A stretch of DNA of 64,000 nt, taken from the IMG/VR virus record IMGVR_UViG_3300021185_002316; one strand, given 5' to 3'. This DNA is from an uncultured virus (IMG/VR IMGVR_UViG_3300021185_002316). Its lineage: Duplodnaviria; Heunggongvirae; Uroviricota; Caudoviricetes. The position numbers and the translations under genes were made by a program. The notes beneath the pieces were generated by a model. That model was not told where the DNA came from and ran no database searches. It worked only from the letters and a program-made list of their open reading frames with translations. Shown here piece by piece: positions 47,594-57,308 of this stretch; the first letter of the stretch is position 1, and the number at the start of each line of letters is the position of its first letter.

Positions 47594-48763
47594 TTACAAA
47601 GCATTCAGCTCAGCGACTTCCTTGTCAACTTGAGCTTTGCTTTCTAATTTTACCTTTACTGCTTCTGCCCTCATTTCTTGCCACTCGGCATCAGTCATAG
47701 CTGCATAGGTTGAACTGTGATAAATCGATCCATTTACTCCTGCAAGAGAAGAATGAACAAAGTACTGCTTGCAACGTATAGCACCATCTACATCATCAGG
47801 CACTGCACCAATATGCATAGGGTCCGCAAATATATTGTGGATCTCACCTGAATAGAACGCGATATACTTAAGGCCACCAATATGAAGACCTTTTACACAA
47901 GACTGAAAGTCATTGGTATTAACTTGGCTCCATGAAGCTAAGCTGTGTGTACAACCAACTTTGATAAAATGCCCTGGATTAGCAAATCCATTGTCGCCAA
48001 TACAAGAGAAGCTATCTCCACCTGCACCCATCATTGCAGGTTCAAATAAGCGGTCTTCTACGTGCTCAGGAAGGCCATCTCCTTGTATTTCACCAGTATC
48101 AGGATTGAACGTACGAGCGTAACGATCTACTTGCTCCCCTGTTTCTGTGTCATACTTATGCATAACCTCTTTAGATACTTTGTAACCATTAAGAAGACCC
48201 TCACGAGTAATCTTCATTTGATACATAGTAGCACGAGCAGTAGCAATTGCTTCACTTAGACCTTGCTCTTCCATGAGCTCTTCTTTGAGTTTAGGGTGCA
48301 CATACTGCATATTAACAAAGTTAAAGAAGCGATTAGAGAAATCTACTCCTCTATCACATTCAGCTTTCTTTGCTAATATAGGATTACGCAACCATCTGGT
48401 CCACATTTTAACAAGTGGTTCAAATGATACGCCTTTATCAATAGACTCAAATATTCTATCTACCAATGCTTGAGGCATAGGAATAGAAGAAACAACTCCT
48501 TCACTCTTAAGGAAGAACTCGCCTGTATTCTTGTTTACATGAATGTAAGCACATTTTGACTCTACTGTTTTAGTATAGTCTACAACACATAGCTCTGCAA
48601 ACTCACTCATAATGGTTTTGTAGTCGTCCATGGTTGTTACTGAAGATGCTTCGTCAGCAAGTTGCATCATTGATGCATAAGTTTCTTCAGTGTACTGCAC
48701 TGCAAATGGTGTTTCACCATAAGAGCCGCAGATTTTGTCGTCGATAACGTTAATTGTGATCAT
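47594..48763 (-). CDS. rIIB: rIIB-like protein
   Basis: PLVKMW.RWL.NP, F.F, IT.EG...GYK.V, C..GLH.G...Y; directly downstream of the rIIA-like gene. Confidence 0.75.
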   Translation of the reverse strand: MITINVIDDKICGSYGETPFAVQYTEETYASMMQLADEASSVTTMDDYKTIMSEFAELCVVDYTKTVESKCAYIHVNKNTGEFFLKSEGVVSSIPMPQALVDRIFESIDKGVSFEPLVKMWTRWLRNPILAKKAECDRGVDFSNRFFNFVNMQYVHPKLKEELMEEQGLSEAIATARATMYQMKITREGLLNGYKVSKEVMHKYDTETGEQVDRYARTFNPDTGEIQGDGLPEHVEDRLFEPAMMGAGGDSFSCIGDNGFANPGHFIKVGCTHSLASWSQVNTNDFQSCVKGLHIGGLKYIAFYSGEIHNIFADPMHIGAVPDDVDGAIRCKQYFVHSSLAGVNGSIYHSSTYAAMTDAEWQEMRAEAVKVKLESKAQVDKEVAELNAL

Positions 48764-48788
48764 GTGTTAATTGATATTAAATTGGTTA

Positions 48789-48820
48789 CTAATTTACGAA
48801 AATTTAAGAAGATGCGCAAC
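48789..48820 (-). promoter_or_regulatory. Possible Bacteroidota sigma-70-type promoter upstream of rIIB
   Basis: Minus strand GTTG-N20-TAAATTAG, a variant of TTTG-N19-21-TAnnTTTG; overlaps a hairpin at 48806-48839. Confidence 0.4.
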
Positions 48821-51627
48821 TATTGTGCGCTATCTTCTTCTAATTCAGGGGTTTCTGGTAAAACATCAGTGACGTCCCACTCATCTTTCCCTTTGCATTT
48901 CAAATAAGAGATTATTTCTTTCTCTAATTCTGGGCTAAGAGCTTTCTCTCTACTTATACCCTCTATAGCAGAAAGTAAATGCTTAGTGTCTTCTGAAAAT
49001 TCTAGTATGTTATTATACATATCTAAAATATTTAGATTAACTGCAACAGTTTCTCCTATGTCTGAAAGAACAAATAACTCAGTACTCTTCGCACTAATTA
49101 GTTCAGCTGCATTAGCTTCACCTTCTACTTGCTTGCAATATATTTGAAAATCCATAAGCTTTTGAGCTTGTGCAAACACATCAGTTCCGTCTAGATTTCT
49201 ATGACGATAATACTCAAAATTAGATTCTCTAGCTTTTAAGACTAAATCGTAGATCTCTTTAAGCCCAGGATTAATGTTAATAAAACTCGATAAGAATCCA
49301 GCATCAGAAATTTTGTCTAATTTTGTCGCTGTAAACCACTTAATCATTGATTCATCCATAGTATATCCTCCTTTATCATTTACTTGTAAGAAGAATTCAC
49401 TAATGTGTTTACAATTTGGATTCTTCTTGATGTATTTAACTTTATTTTCACTTACTCTGATTAACTGTGGTGTATCCCATGCTCGAACTGCTTTGGCAGT
49501 CCAGTCATGAAATTTACCTTTGTCTTCCCCATATGATATTCTAAGAGAAACGGCTGGTTCTTCATAATAAAATACTGGCTGATTTTGACAGCTATCCCAA
49601 GAAGACCAACTGTTATCAGGGTAAACTTCTTTAAAAGTAGGAGCTTGCACATGCATAACTTTAGCTGCTAGGTGCATTAGATCTTCATCCGCTTTAGTGC
49701 AATAATAAATACGAGACTCGCTTTCCATAAGATCTTTGGCCTTTGGCTCTATCTTGTCAAGGGTGTACTGTTTATCATCATTACGACTTTTGTCAAATCT
49801 AAGAGAATATGCAACCATACGTTTCTCTATTTCACGACGCTCTGCAGGAGAGATGTCGTCAAACTTAGATACTTCCATAGCTTGCTCTTCTTCTGTAGTG
49901 AACTCCGTAGTCCAGTCTTCAGGTACTACTACATCATCATAAGAATGATAAAACTCAGACTCTTTAAAGTATTTAAGTACAGCTGCACGTTTACGTGAGA
50001 CTCTACTTTTCTCTTTAATTAGTGCAAGCTTAGCTTCTCCTTGAGCTATAGCAATTTTACCGTCAAACTTAGCATCTAAGTCTTCTAGAGTAAATACTGA
50101 AGGACGACATTCTTGGTCTCCACCTTTAATAAGATATGCATCTGTCAATCTATTGAAAGATACATTCTCTTTAAAGTAGAAATGCATAGGATCTATACCG
50201 CCCCACACTACTAATTTGTCATCTCTTACAGATTTAAACTTACCTTTCTCAACGTCATATAAAAGCTTAGTAATCTTAAATCCTTCGAATAATTTAGTTG
50301 GTATAGCGTATCTAATTCTCTTGTCTCCAGGGAACGTAGGGCTAATCATGTCTTTATCTATAATATTAGATAATTTGTTTAGAACACGATTCTCACTACG
50401 AGCACCACTAACAAGCGCACGAGTCTTAGAAATCCAGTCAACAAAATCTGTAGTGTTTAGCTCTTCCTGAACTACATTAGTAGCCTCTATCGCAGCTTTC
50501 TTGATAATACCCTGAACATAGTTTTTAGTAGCTTCATTCCATATTACCTTCTCACGCGACGGAGTTACGTCGACACCTTCTTGTATAACTGTTTCTACGC
50601 CATTGTCATCTACTACAACTTGCCTCATAGGACATTTAAATGCAATAGCGCCATACAGTTGCTCCATTTCTAACTCTCGGAAATCTATGTGACCATAGTT
50701 AATACCTGTTTCAGCTTTAGGATTCTTTACTACAAGTATATGCGGTTTAGAATACGTATAGCCATCACTGATAATAAGATGATCTGAAGAGTATATTACT
50801 TCATTTTTAAAGTCAACTTCTTCGGTCCATCCACTTTCGTGTAAAACTGTAAAGTTAACATTGTTCAAATAATTTAATTGCTCTTCTACAGCTTCCTTGT
50901 ACTTACGTCTATTATGTTTCTTGGTTCTGAAGCTTACTTCCGTGTAATTCTTAGAGTCCGATTCTTCATAATATACTTTAGTACCATCTGAGAATGTAAC
51001 AAATGGGTTTTGTTTACCTGCTTCTACATTAAAAGCTGGTATAATGAAATCTGTCTTGTAATTGTAGCAATTACATTTAAATCTCATTCCGTTGTAGACA
51101 GTTTCTATAGTGTAGAAATCTACACCTGTAGACAATGCTGCTTTAGCACCTAAGCCAAACGCACCAAAGTTCTCTGATGTGTTACGCTTAGTAGAATATC
51201 CTAATTCTAGGACACCTTCTAGTCTGCGTGCACCAATACCTACGCCGTAGTCCATTATTGCAAATGTATCACAAAATCCTGTACCTTCTTTTTCAGTATA
51301 AGTCAAGTCTACAGTGTTCTTTACATGATCTAAGGAAGCAACATTGTAATACTCTATATTAAAGTTACTGTCTTCGTACTGTGCGCCTCCACGCGTAATG
51401 TAATAGTCTTCTGGCTTCTTCTCTCCGCTTAGTATCTCTAGAGCTATCTCCTTTTCCCTCTGTGAATCACAAGCATTAGTTGTAAGTTCACGTATGGTAC
51501 TCGGAATTGGCATAGAGTACTGTGTTGATTGAAGAATGTCAAAGACCATTCTCTTTGCTCCTTCGTTGATCTTTTTCTCGATCCCTTTAGAGCCTTTAAT
51601 CTGTGTGTCAATAGTTTTTATACTCAT
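48820..51627 (-). CDS. rIIA: rIIA-like protein with N-terminal GHKL/HATPase domain
   Basis: IRELTTNACDS, DYGVG, YSTK..T....G.FGLG.K, VTPSRE. Confidence 0.8.
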   Translation of the reverse strand: MSIKTIDTQIKGSKGIEKKINEGAKRMVFDILQSTQYSMPIPSTIRELTTNACDSQREKEIALEILSGEKKPEDYYITRGGAQYEDSNFNIEYYNVASLDHVKNTVDLTYTEKEGTGFCDTFAIMDYGVGIGARRLEGVLELGYSTKRNTSENFGAFGLGAKAALSTGVDFYTIETVYNGMRFKCNCYNYKTDFIIPAFNVEAGKQNPFVTFSDGTKVYYEESDSKNYTEVSFRTKKHNRRKYKEAVEEQLNYLNNVNFTVLHESGWTEEVDFKNEVIYSSDHLIISDGYTYSKPHILVVKNPKAETGINYGHIDFRELEMEQLYGAIAFKCPMRQVVVDDNGVETVIQEGVDVTPSREKVIWNEATKNYVQGIIKKAAIEATNVVQEELNTTDFVDWISKTRALVSGARSENRVLNKLSNIIDKDMISPTFPGDKRIRYAIPTKLFEGFKITKLLYDVEKGKFKSVRDDKLVVWGGIDPMHFYFKENVSFNRLTDAYLIKGGDQECRPSVFTLEDLDAKFDGKIAIAQGEAKLALIKEKSRVSRKRAAVLKYFKESEFYHSYDDVVVPEDWTTEFTTEEEQAMEVSKFDDISPAERREIEKRMVAYSLRFDKSRNDDKQYTLDKIEPKAKDLMESESRIYYCTKADEDLMHLAAKVMHVQAPTFKEVYPDNSWSSWDSCQNQPVFYYEEPAVSLRISYGEDKGKFHDWTAKAVRAWDTPQLIRVSENKVKYIKKNPNCKHISEFFLQVNDKGGYTMDESMIKWFTATKLDKISDAGFLSSFININPGLKEIYDLVLKARESNFEYYRHRNLDGTDVFAQAQKLMDFQIYCKQVEGEANAAELISAKSTELFVLSDIGETVAVNLNILDMYNNILEFSEDTKHLLSAIEGISREKALSPELEKEIISYLKCKGKDEWDVTDVLPETPELEEDSAQ

Positions 51628-51977
51628 CTTAATTTGTTATTTAATAAATTAACATACTCTTGTTGATATTTTGTTAGATAAGATTCTGGCATAGGTAACA
51701 CTTTTTCTTCAGCATGATTAGTTGTCCAAGAGATGTTACCAGGAAAGTACTTAACTTTACCTGCTTTAGCCTCATCTAAAAACTTTTGCTGGGCAGAAGC
51801 TGTAAATCCAGCCCACTTAGGTATTGTATAATACCAAGCTTTACGATCAACTCCTTCTTCTGTTGTGTAACCATTACCTTCCCATCCCCAAAACATAGCA
51901 AAAGAAAAGCCGTTGTGTTGAACAACGGCTATAATGTCTCCTCGCTGGAGAGCATTTACTCTTTCATTTCTTGTCAT
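51624..51977 (-). CDS. Hypothetical protein
   Basis: 117-aa ORF with 4-nt overlaps on both sides. Confidence 0.6.
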   Translation of the reverse strand: MTRNERVNALQRGDIIAVVQHNGFSFAMFWGWEGNGYTTEEGVDRKAWYYTIPKWAGFTASAQQKFLDEAKAGKVKYFPGNISWTTNHAEEKVLPMPESYLTKYQQEYVNLLNNKLR

Positions 51978-52405
51978 AATTGTTGTACTAATTCTAAAAC
52001 TTCTTTACATTGCTCCCTATTTCTAGGCATAAATAGAACGTACGTCAGGCTATTCTCTTTCAGATGCTTTTTAAACAACTTCCATCTCAAAGGGAATGAC
52101 TCGTTAGCGTATCCTTTTGTCTCGATTATCCACTTACCGTTAGGATCTACAAAATCAGGAGTGTATGTAATAGGTCGTATTTTACTACCCTTATTACACA
52201 ACTTAGCTTTTGTTCCTTCATAACATGCTTGTGGATATACCATACCGTCAAATACAGTAAATGTATGCTTTTCGTAATCAACTTTAATCTTATTGTCGTC
52301 GAGCATCTTATACATATGCTTTTCTAAAAGAGATTGAAATTGAATTCCTTTGTATACATTTTTCTTGGCGCTTACTTTAACTTTTCCTTTTTTCTTATAA
52401 CCCAT
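51974..52405 (-). CDS. PD-(D/E)xK endonuclease (T7 endonuclease I / DUF1064-like resolvase)
   Basis: F.S.LE, YE, YTPDF, IIETKG. Confidence 0.8.
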   Translation of the reverse strand: MGYKKKGKVKVSAKKNVYKGIQFQSLLEKHMYKMLDDNKIKVDYEKHTFTVFDGMVYPQACYEGTKAKLCNKGSKIRPITYTPDFVDPNGKWIIETKGYANESFPLRWKLFKKHLKENSLTYVLFMPRNREQCKEVLELVQQL

Positions 52406-53525
52406 TTGCTACAATATTAGTTTGGAAATTACCTTCATACCCTCTGTCTTTACTCCATATATGGGCTTGACCTACACGCTTGGTGCCAACATAAGCTTTA
52501 TTCTTATGCCACTCGTCATTACCACATATAGATGGAATAAACCTGACTTTAGTTCCCATAAACTCATTAAGCATCTCCTTGTGGTAATGTCCTAAATGTG
52601 CTTCTCGGAATGTAGTCTGGCTCCACATGATTGGTTGCTCCGTAGCCATAAGTAAAGGGATTTTATCCGCTTTAACTTTATCGCCATGAAAATGCAATAT
52701 CATGTTTGTTCCATACTGATAGTATTTACGTTCTTCTAAACTATTATCTACTGTAATATTTGGATTGTTTGAAAACTTAGCTTCAAGCAGGTCACCTACA
52801 TAGAACATACGTTCATAGTCATGGTTACCTTGCACTATAATCACATCTACTGGTGCGTATTGTGAAAGATACGTAATTGCATACTCCATTAACTGCCAAT
52901 AACCACGGAAAGACTCTCGCCATCCCATATAGTCATCTTGAGGCGTACCTGCAGTAGTTGTTTTACGTAATCCTTCAGAATTCATCCCGTCGTTACCAAT
53001 TGGAAGCAATATTCTGTCTACATGCAATCCTCCTGCCTTAGATATAAGGTTTGTTAAGACTTTCATGTAGTCATCTATTAACTTCTGTGGACCTTCCCCT
53101 GACACTTTACCATAATGTATGTCCGGTAATGATATTTCTAACATTACTGGGTCTTCTGGAAGAGCGTAATCTATTGCATCAACTTTAGGGGCATCTTCTT
53201 TTACTAGATCTATGAACTCTTGTTTCATATTTCCGAATTCATGCCATTGATTTTGAGTTACAACAGAGTATCTTTGATCACCATTAGCCGCTTGCCAAAA
53301 CTTAACAGATTTTACATCTGCCATAGTAAGGCCATTTGACTCTAAGTGCTCTTTAAATTCTGGGGCATTCACATTATCGTTAGAATTAACGCCTAATGCT
53401 TCTCGACGTGCAGCGTGTGCTACTGTTTCTGGTACTTCAAATTTCTCTGCTAACCAGGCTGATCCTTTTTTCAAATAGCCTGTACGTTCTCTTAAAAATT
53501 CAACTATCTCCTCTTTGTTCATCAA
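52395..53525 (-). CDS. Calcineurin-like metallophosphoesterase
   Basis: DIHYG, GND, GNHD, HFHGD, GHYH. Confidence 0.85.
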   Translation of the reverse strand: MMNKEEIVEFLRERTGYLKKGSAWLAEKFEVPETVAHAARREALGVNSNDNVNAPEFKEHLESNGLTMADVKSVKFWQAANGDQRYSVVTQNQWHEFGNMKQEFIDLVKEDAPKVDAIDYALPEDPVMLEISLPDIHYGKVSGEGPQKLIDDYMKVLTNLISKAGGLHVDRILLPIGNDGMNSEGLRKTTTAGTPQDDYMGWRESFRGYWQLMEYAITYLSQYAPVDVIIVQGNHDYERMFYVGDLLEAKFSNNPNITVDNSLEERKYYQYGTNMILHFHGDKVKADKIPLLMATEQPIMWSQTTFREAHLGHYHKEMLNEFMGTKVRFIPSICGNDEWHKNKAYVGTKRVGQAHIWSKDRGYEGNFQTNIVANGL

Positions 53526-54501
53526 TTATCTGCTTTAGTATAGAGATGTTTGTATTCTGAACTAGGTCAGATGGATCTTTCGATTCATACTTACTAGGAA
53601 TACACACATTTATTAGGCCATACTTCATACAGATCTTGTTGCCCATCATCTGTCCCGGATTGGTAGCTTTATCATAATCATTATCATAAAGCACTAAGAT
53701 TTTTGCAAATCTCTCCTTAAGACTCTCTATTAGTTTCTCTGCTGGTATTTGCATCTCGCTTTGCATAGCAATTGCGGGATACCCTGCAGAATATAGAGTC
53801 ATGATGTCTTTTAACGAAGATGTTAGAATAACTAAATCACCTTTTTCAGGTAATTGATTCCAACCTTGAGTGTCTACTGCTTTAACATTGCTTGTCCATT
53901 TGCGCTCTGTTTCTTTTGGTGCGTAGATTTTAAATCTTTGACCAAACTTATATGCGTAAGTGATTGTTTTACAGCTGAATCTGTGTTCGTTGACCCAATA
54001 ATAATCTATAGGTTCAACGCCAAATTTAACTAAAATATCTTTACTTATATAATATTTGGACCAAAACTTTGCATCCTCCTTATTCCACTTACGACGTTTC
54101 TTACGTATAAGCGTAAGTTTTTCTATAAGATCAGGTTGTTTTTGTTTAACACCCTGATTACCCATAGAGAATAATCCTTCGTCTTTAGTATAAGAAAGTC
54201 CCAAAGCAAAATCTCTGTCTACCATACGTAGCGCAGTAATCCAGTCACATGTGTATGCAGCCTGAATATATCTGAAGCAGTTAAAGGTATGTTCTGGATG
54301 ACCGTGATCCTTGTATAACAAGGCGTTCTTCCATACATATATAGCAGCGGTTGGAGTATTGTCTTCACGTAACTCGCTACAGAACTTTTTGTTAAGCTCT
54401 TTAAACCCTCTGATATAATACCTGAAAATGTCATACTCAGTAATTTTACTAAGTATGACATCTGTATGCAGGTAATCATCACTACTTCGTGATGCAATCA
54501 T
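53500..54501 (-). CDS. DNA primase (crAss-type DnaG/TOPRIM)
   Basis: S.LRED.TPT, YKDHG, F.IY.P, LVILTSSLKD, YDND, KDPSD. Confidence 0.8.
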   Translation of the reverse strand: MIASRSSDDYLHTDVILSKITEYDIFRYYIRGFKELNKKFCSELREDNTPTAAIYVWKNALLYKDHGHPEHTFNCFRYIQAAYTCDWITALRMVDRDFALGLSYTKDEGLFSMGNQGVKQKQPDLIEKLTLIRKKRRKWNKEDAKFWSKYYISKDILVKFGVEPIDYYWVNEHRFSCKTITYAYKFGQRFKIYAPKETERKWTSNVKAVDTQGWNQLPEKGDLVILTSSLKDIMTLYSAGYPAIAMQSEMQIPAEKLIESLKERFAKILVLYDNDYDKATNPGQMMGNKICMKYGLINVCIPSKYESKDPSDLVQNTNISILKQIIDEQRGDS

Positions 54502-55280
54502 TAAAACGGAGAGTCGTCGTCTGTACTGCTAAGAGGCTTGTCTGGCATAGTCCAATCTTCATCCTCTTTCGAGTCAGGAGTAACCAAGTTAATGGTTGGG
54601 TTATGCGTACCCCATGCTAAGTCAGCGTTAAAGTCAGCGTTGAACGATCCATAGTCGTCGTTTAAGTTACGAACAAAGAAATCATCACGTTGAGGTTTAA
54701 CACGACCAAAGTGCTTAGTGTATACAGTTTGGTACTTGTCATCTTTAACACCTACCAATACACGTACTTGGTTGTCTTTCAACACATTAACAAGAGCTTT
54801 AATCTCGGATACGTCACCGTTAGAGATTTTCTTGCCTGTCTCAAAGCTTACTTCGTCTCCGTTAGCTACATTAGCCCACGATTTAACAAAGTTGATAAGA
54901 GTCTCTTCACCAACAAAGGCGTGTCTCTCACCTGCAGCTTTCCACCAGTCAAATGAAGGCTTACCTTCTGACCATGTAGTTTGACCAACAGCATTGATGT
55001 ATTGGTTCTTACCATTTTGAGATACACGAGCTTTTGGTTGTACCAATACCTCTAGTTTAATCTTAGTATCTTCATTACCTAACCAGAACACTACTTTGTT
55101 GTATTCTTGGTCGCTAAAAGCTACTTGATAATTTGGCTCACTCTTAACTTTGATGTCTAGAGCATGTAATTCAGCCATTGTAGGGTTAACTGCGATAACG
55201 TTTACGTTAGTTAATCCTGAGTATAGTTTCATCCCTGAACCTACTACTTCTTGCGTACTTGCGTTTGATTTAATTGCCAT
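54501..55280 (-). CDS. Probable single-stranded DNA-binding protein
   Basis: VIAVNPT..EL, aromatic beta-rich core, acidic tail ending DDDSPF; between Sak4 and primase. Confidence 0.6.
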   Translation of the reverse strand: MAIKSNASTQEVVGSGMKLYSGLTNVNVIAVNPTMAELHALDIKVKSEPNYQVAFSDQEYNKVVFWLGNEDTKIKLEVLVQPKARVSQNGKNQYINAVGQTTWSEGKPSFDWWKAAGERHAFVGEETLINFVKSWANVANGDEVSFETGKKISNGDVSEIKALVNVLKDNQVRVLVGVKDDKYQTVYTKHFGRVKPQRDDFFVRNLNDDYGSFNADFNADLAWGTHNPTINLVTPDSKEDEDWTMPDKPLSSTDDDSPF

Positions 55281-55282
55281 AA

Positions 55283-55777
55283 TTAAAATTCTTCTTCTTC
55301 GTTATTAATTTCATTTAATTGATCTTGAGCGTCCATTTCTGTACGACCTTGGATTTCTTCCTCCCAAGCTTGTCCTTCCATTTGCTCTTGTTGTCCATCA
55401 GTATACTCTTCAGTATTTTCAATAGCATCTTGAGTTCTCAGATCTGCGCGATTATGAAAATCATCTGTAATAGTGTTTACTGTACCCATAACTTCTTCGA
55501 TAACTCCCTCTACGGTAGTTTGATTAGGGTTAGGAGTAGGAGTAGTGTCGTCAACAAAGTTAAAAGACATTTTACGCTTCTTCTTAGCTTTCTTGCCTTT
55601 TAATACTGGGTGCTTAAACATTTCTGTCAATTCCCATCCTTCTAAGCTATACTTAGCTTGGATCCCTTTGCGGTCAATCCCATTGTCTAGATCGTTTAAG
55701 ATCATAGTCGTTGTAATGGTTTGCGGAGTCGGTTGTGACTCAACGCTTGCTTCTGTGTGTTGATTGGTTTCAATCAT
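55283..55777 (-). CDS. Hypothetical protein (N-terminal HTH-like region, acidic tail)
   Basis: ILNDLDNGIDRKGIQAKY...F.HP.LKG.K; very acidic C-terminus. Confidence 0.55.
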   Translation of the reverse strand: MIETNQHTEASVESQPTPQTITTTMILNDLDNGIDRKGIQAKYSLEGWELTEMFKHPVLKGKKAKKKRKMSFNFVDDTTPTPNPNQTTVEGVIEEVMGTVNTITDDFHNRADLRTQDAIENTEEYTDGQQEQMEGQAWEEEIQGRTEMDAQDQLNEINNEEEEF

Positions 55778-55797
55778 TTGTGTTAAATTTTTAACAG

Positions 55798-56499
55798 TTA
55801 ATCAATAAAAATCTTTGACCATTCCATGGGCATGGTCTTACCCTTTAAGTGATCGCATCGACTGCCGGCTACTACATCTCCTAGTGAGTCAAATGATACC
55901 ATAGTAACATCGTCTTCTCTATAGATATAGCCTACTGCGTCAGCGTTTGCGCATGTAATTTGCTTAATCTTACCTGTAAGGTCGAGGTCTTTCACAGCCA
56001 CTTCCTTACCTTTCTTCTCAAGCATCTTGTCTTTCAAGTGACCAACAAGGATCACGTGATCGGCAAGCGTGTTTAATCTATCTATCCATTTCTTGTATGC
56101 CATTCTAAGGTACAGATAACCTGCACCGTTAGGCAATGAAAGGATAGACATACCTGGGTTCTTTTGTTCAAAGTTCTTACCCATTGGAGTTTTCAGGTAA
56201 ATTTGTTTACCCTCTTCTTCACACCATTCTTCTAACTTAGAGATAGTATCGATAGCTACATACTTGTAAGGTTTACCCTCTTGGTATATCTCTTTCCCTA
56301 TCTCTCCTAGTTCTTTTAGACTATTTACTTGTACTTTTAATGCATCTAACATGTCAGAGCCCTGTTCTAAGTCTATAATAAGACAGTCGTCTAGCTGAGC
56401 TAGCACTGTAGTCTTACCTATCTTAGGAGCACCGTAAATAATCATGTTCTTTGGTGATTTTCTACTCGCTTTTACTTTCTTCTTAGGTAGTTTACTCAT
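55798..56499 (-). CDS. AAA_24 / Sak4-like ssDNA-annealing ATPase
   Basis: Walker A GAPKIGKT, IIDLEQG, VAIDT, GAGY, LVGH. Confidence 0.85.
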   Translation of the reverse strand: MSKLPKKKVKASRKSPKNMIIYGAPKIGKTTVLAQLDDCLIIDLEQGSDMLDALKVQVNSLKELGEIGKEIYQEGKPYKYVAIDTISKLEEWCEEEGKQIYLKTPMGKNFEQKNPGMSILSLPNGAGYLYLRMAYKKWIDRLNTLADHVILVGHLKDKMLEKKGKEVAVKDLDLTGKIKQITCANADAVGYIYREDDVTMVSFDSLGDVVAGSRCDHLKGKTMPMEWSKIFID

Positions 56500-56738
56500 T
56501 TCTTAGTCTCTTTTTTAGGACGACCAGGCTTACGTTTATGCGGTGCTTCCACTGTAAGAGCCTTTGAACGACTTTTATACTTTTTCCTCTTTTTTGGCTT
56601 TCGCATAGCATCTTTGATAAGACGCCTCTGTTCCTTTTCATACTTTTCTGGATTAAATGGTGATTTTAATGTCTCATAAAGCATGTAAGCTACAAGACTT
56701 AATAAAATTAAAAGTGCAACAGTTATTTCTGTACTCAT
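56496..56738 (-). CDS. Small membrane-anchored basic protein with AT-hook-like motif
   Basis: N-terminal TM (ITVALLILLSLVAYML); C-terminal RKPGRPKK. Confidence 0.55.
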   Translation of the reverse strand: MSTEITVALLILLSLVAYMLYETLKSPFNPEKYEKEQRRLIKDAMRKPKKRKKYKSRSKALTVEAPHKRKPGRPKKETKK

Positions 56739-56800
56739 AACAAAAATTTAAGTATAATATAAATTTTGCCCAATTCACGCTTGGTACTCTCGTTATAATA

Positions 56801-56905
56801 ATATATGAGCCAATTAGTTTTTCTATTCGGCTCATGTATGCGGTATTACACCCGTTAGGGTATAATTAGCCACTCATTAAGCTATTTTATACCCGTTAGG
56901 GTACA
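56801..56905. repeat. Cluster of palindromes, including two copies of ACCCGTTAGGGTA
   Basis: ATATATGAGCC...GGCTCATGTAT (56801-56839); ACCCGTTAGGGTA at 56850-56862 and 56891-56903, each a self-hairpin. Confidence 0.8.
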
Positions 56906-57050
56906 ATTTAGCATAATAATAAAATAGGCGCCATGTGGTTTGGCAGTATCACCTGGAATCACGATCTTAAAAGAGTGTACTCACTTCTCTTACCTAATTT
57001 ACACAGCTCGTAGTCTTATTGGTATTGTTGAGACATTACCACTAGCTATG

Positions 57051-57308
57051 TTATCTAAATTTTGCCACTTTACCGTTAGAACCTAGTGATTTAGGGTCTC
57101 TGTAAGTTGGCATTGTCGATGGTCTCTTGTATGTTTTTGGGTATCCAAATCCAAACACAAGCTCAAATATACCAGTAGTTACAAAACCTGGTTTGTTTTT
57201 CTCTGCTAATTTCTTAGCATGTCTTTCTCTCCAGTATTCAGTTTCTCTTCCCTTGGAAACAAATGGTTTCTTATCAAGAGGCTTATAGTCTAAATATCCT
57301 TTTTTCAA
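57051..57308 (-). CDS. Hypothetical basic protein
   Basis: 85-aa ORF coupled (ATGA) to the SPL-like gene. Confidence 0.55.
   Translation of the reverse strand: MKKGYLDYKPLDKKPFVSKGRETEYWRERHAKKLAEKNKPGFVTTGIFELVFGFGYPKTYKRPSTMPTYRDPKSLGSNGKVAKFR

Noticed and set aside
56850..56903. Two 13-nt repeats as a mini-CRISPR
   Set aside because: Only two short copies and no cas genes; reported as a palindrome cluster instead
56915..57050. tRNA, twister or hammerhead ribozyme, or SAM riboswitch identity for the structured region
   Set aside because: No T-loop GTTC, no CUGAnGA/GAAA core, and no convincing match to the consensus sequences I know
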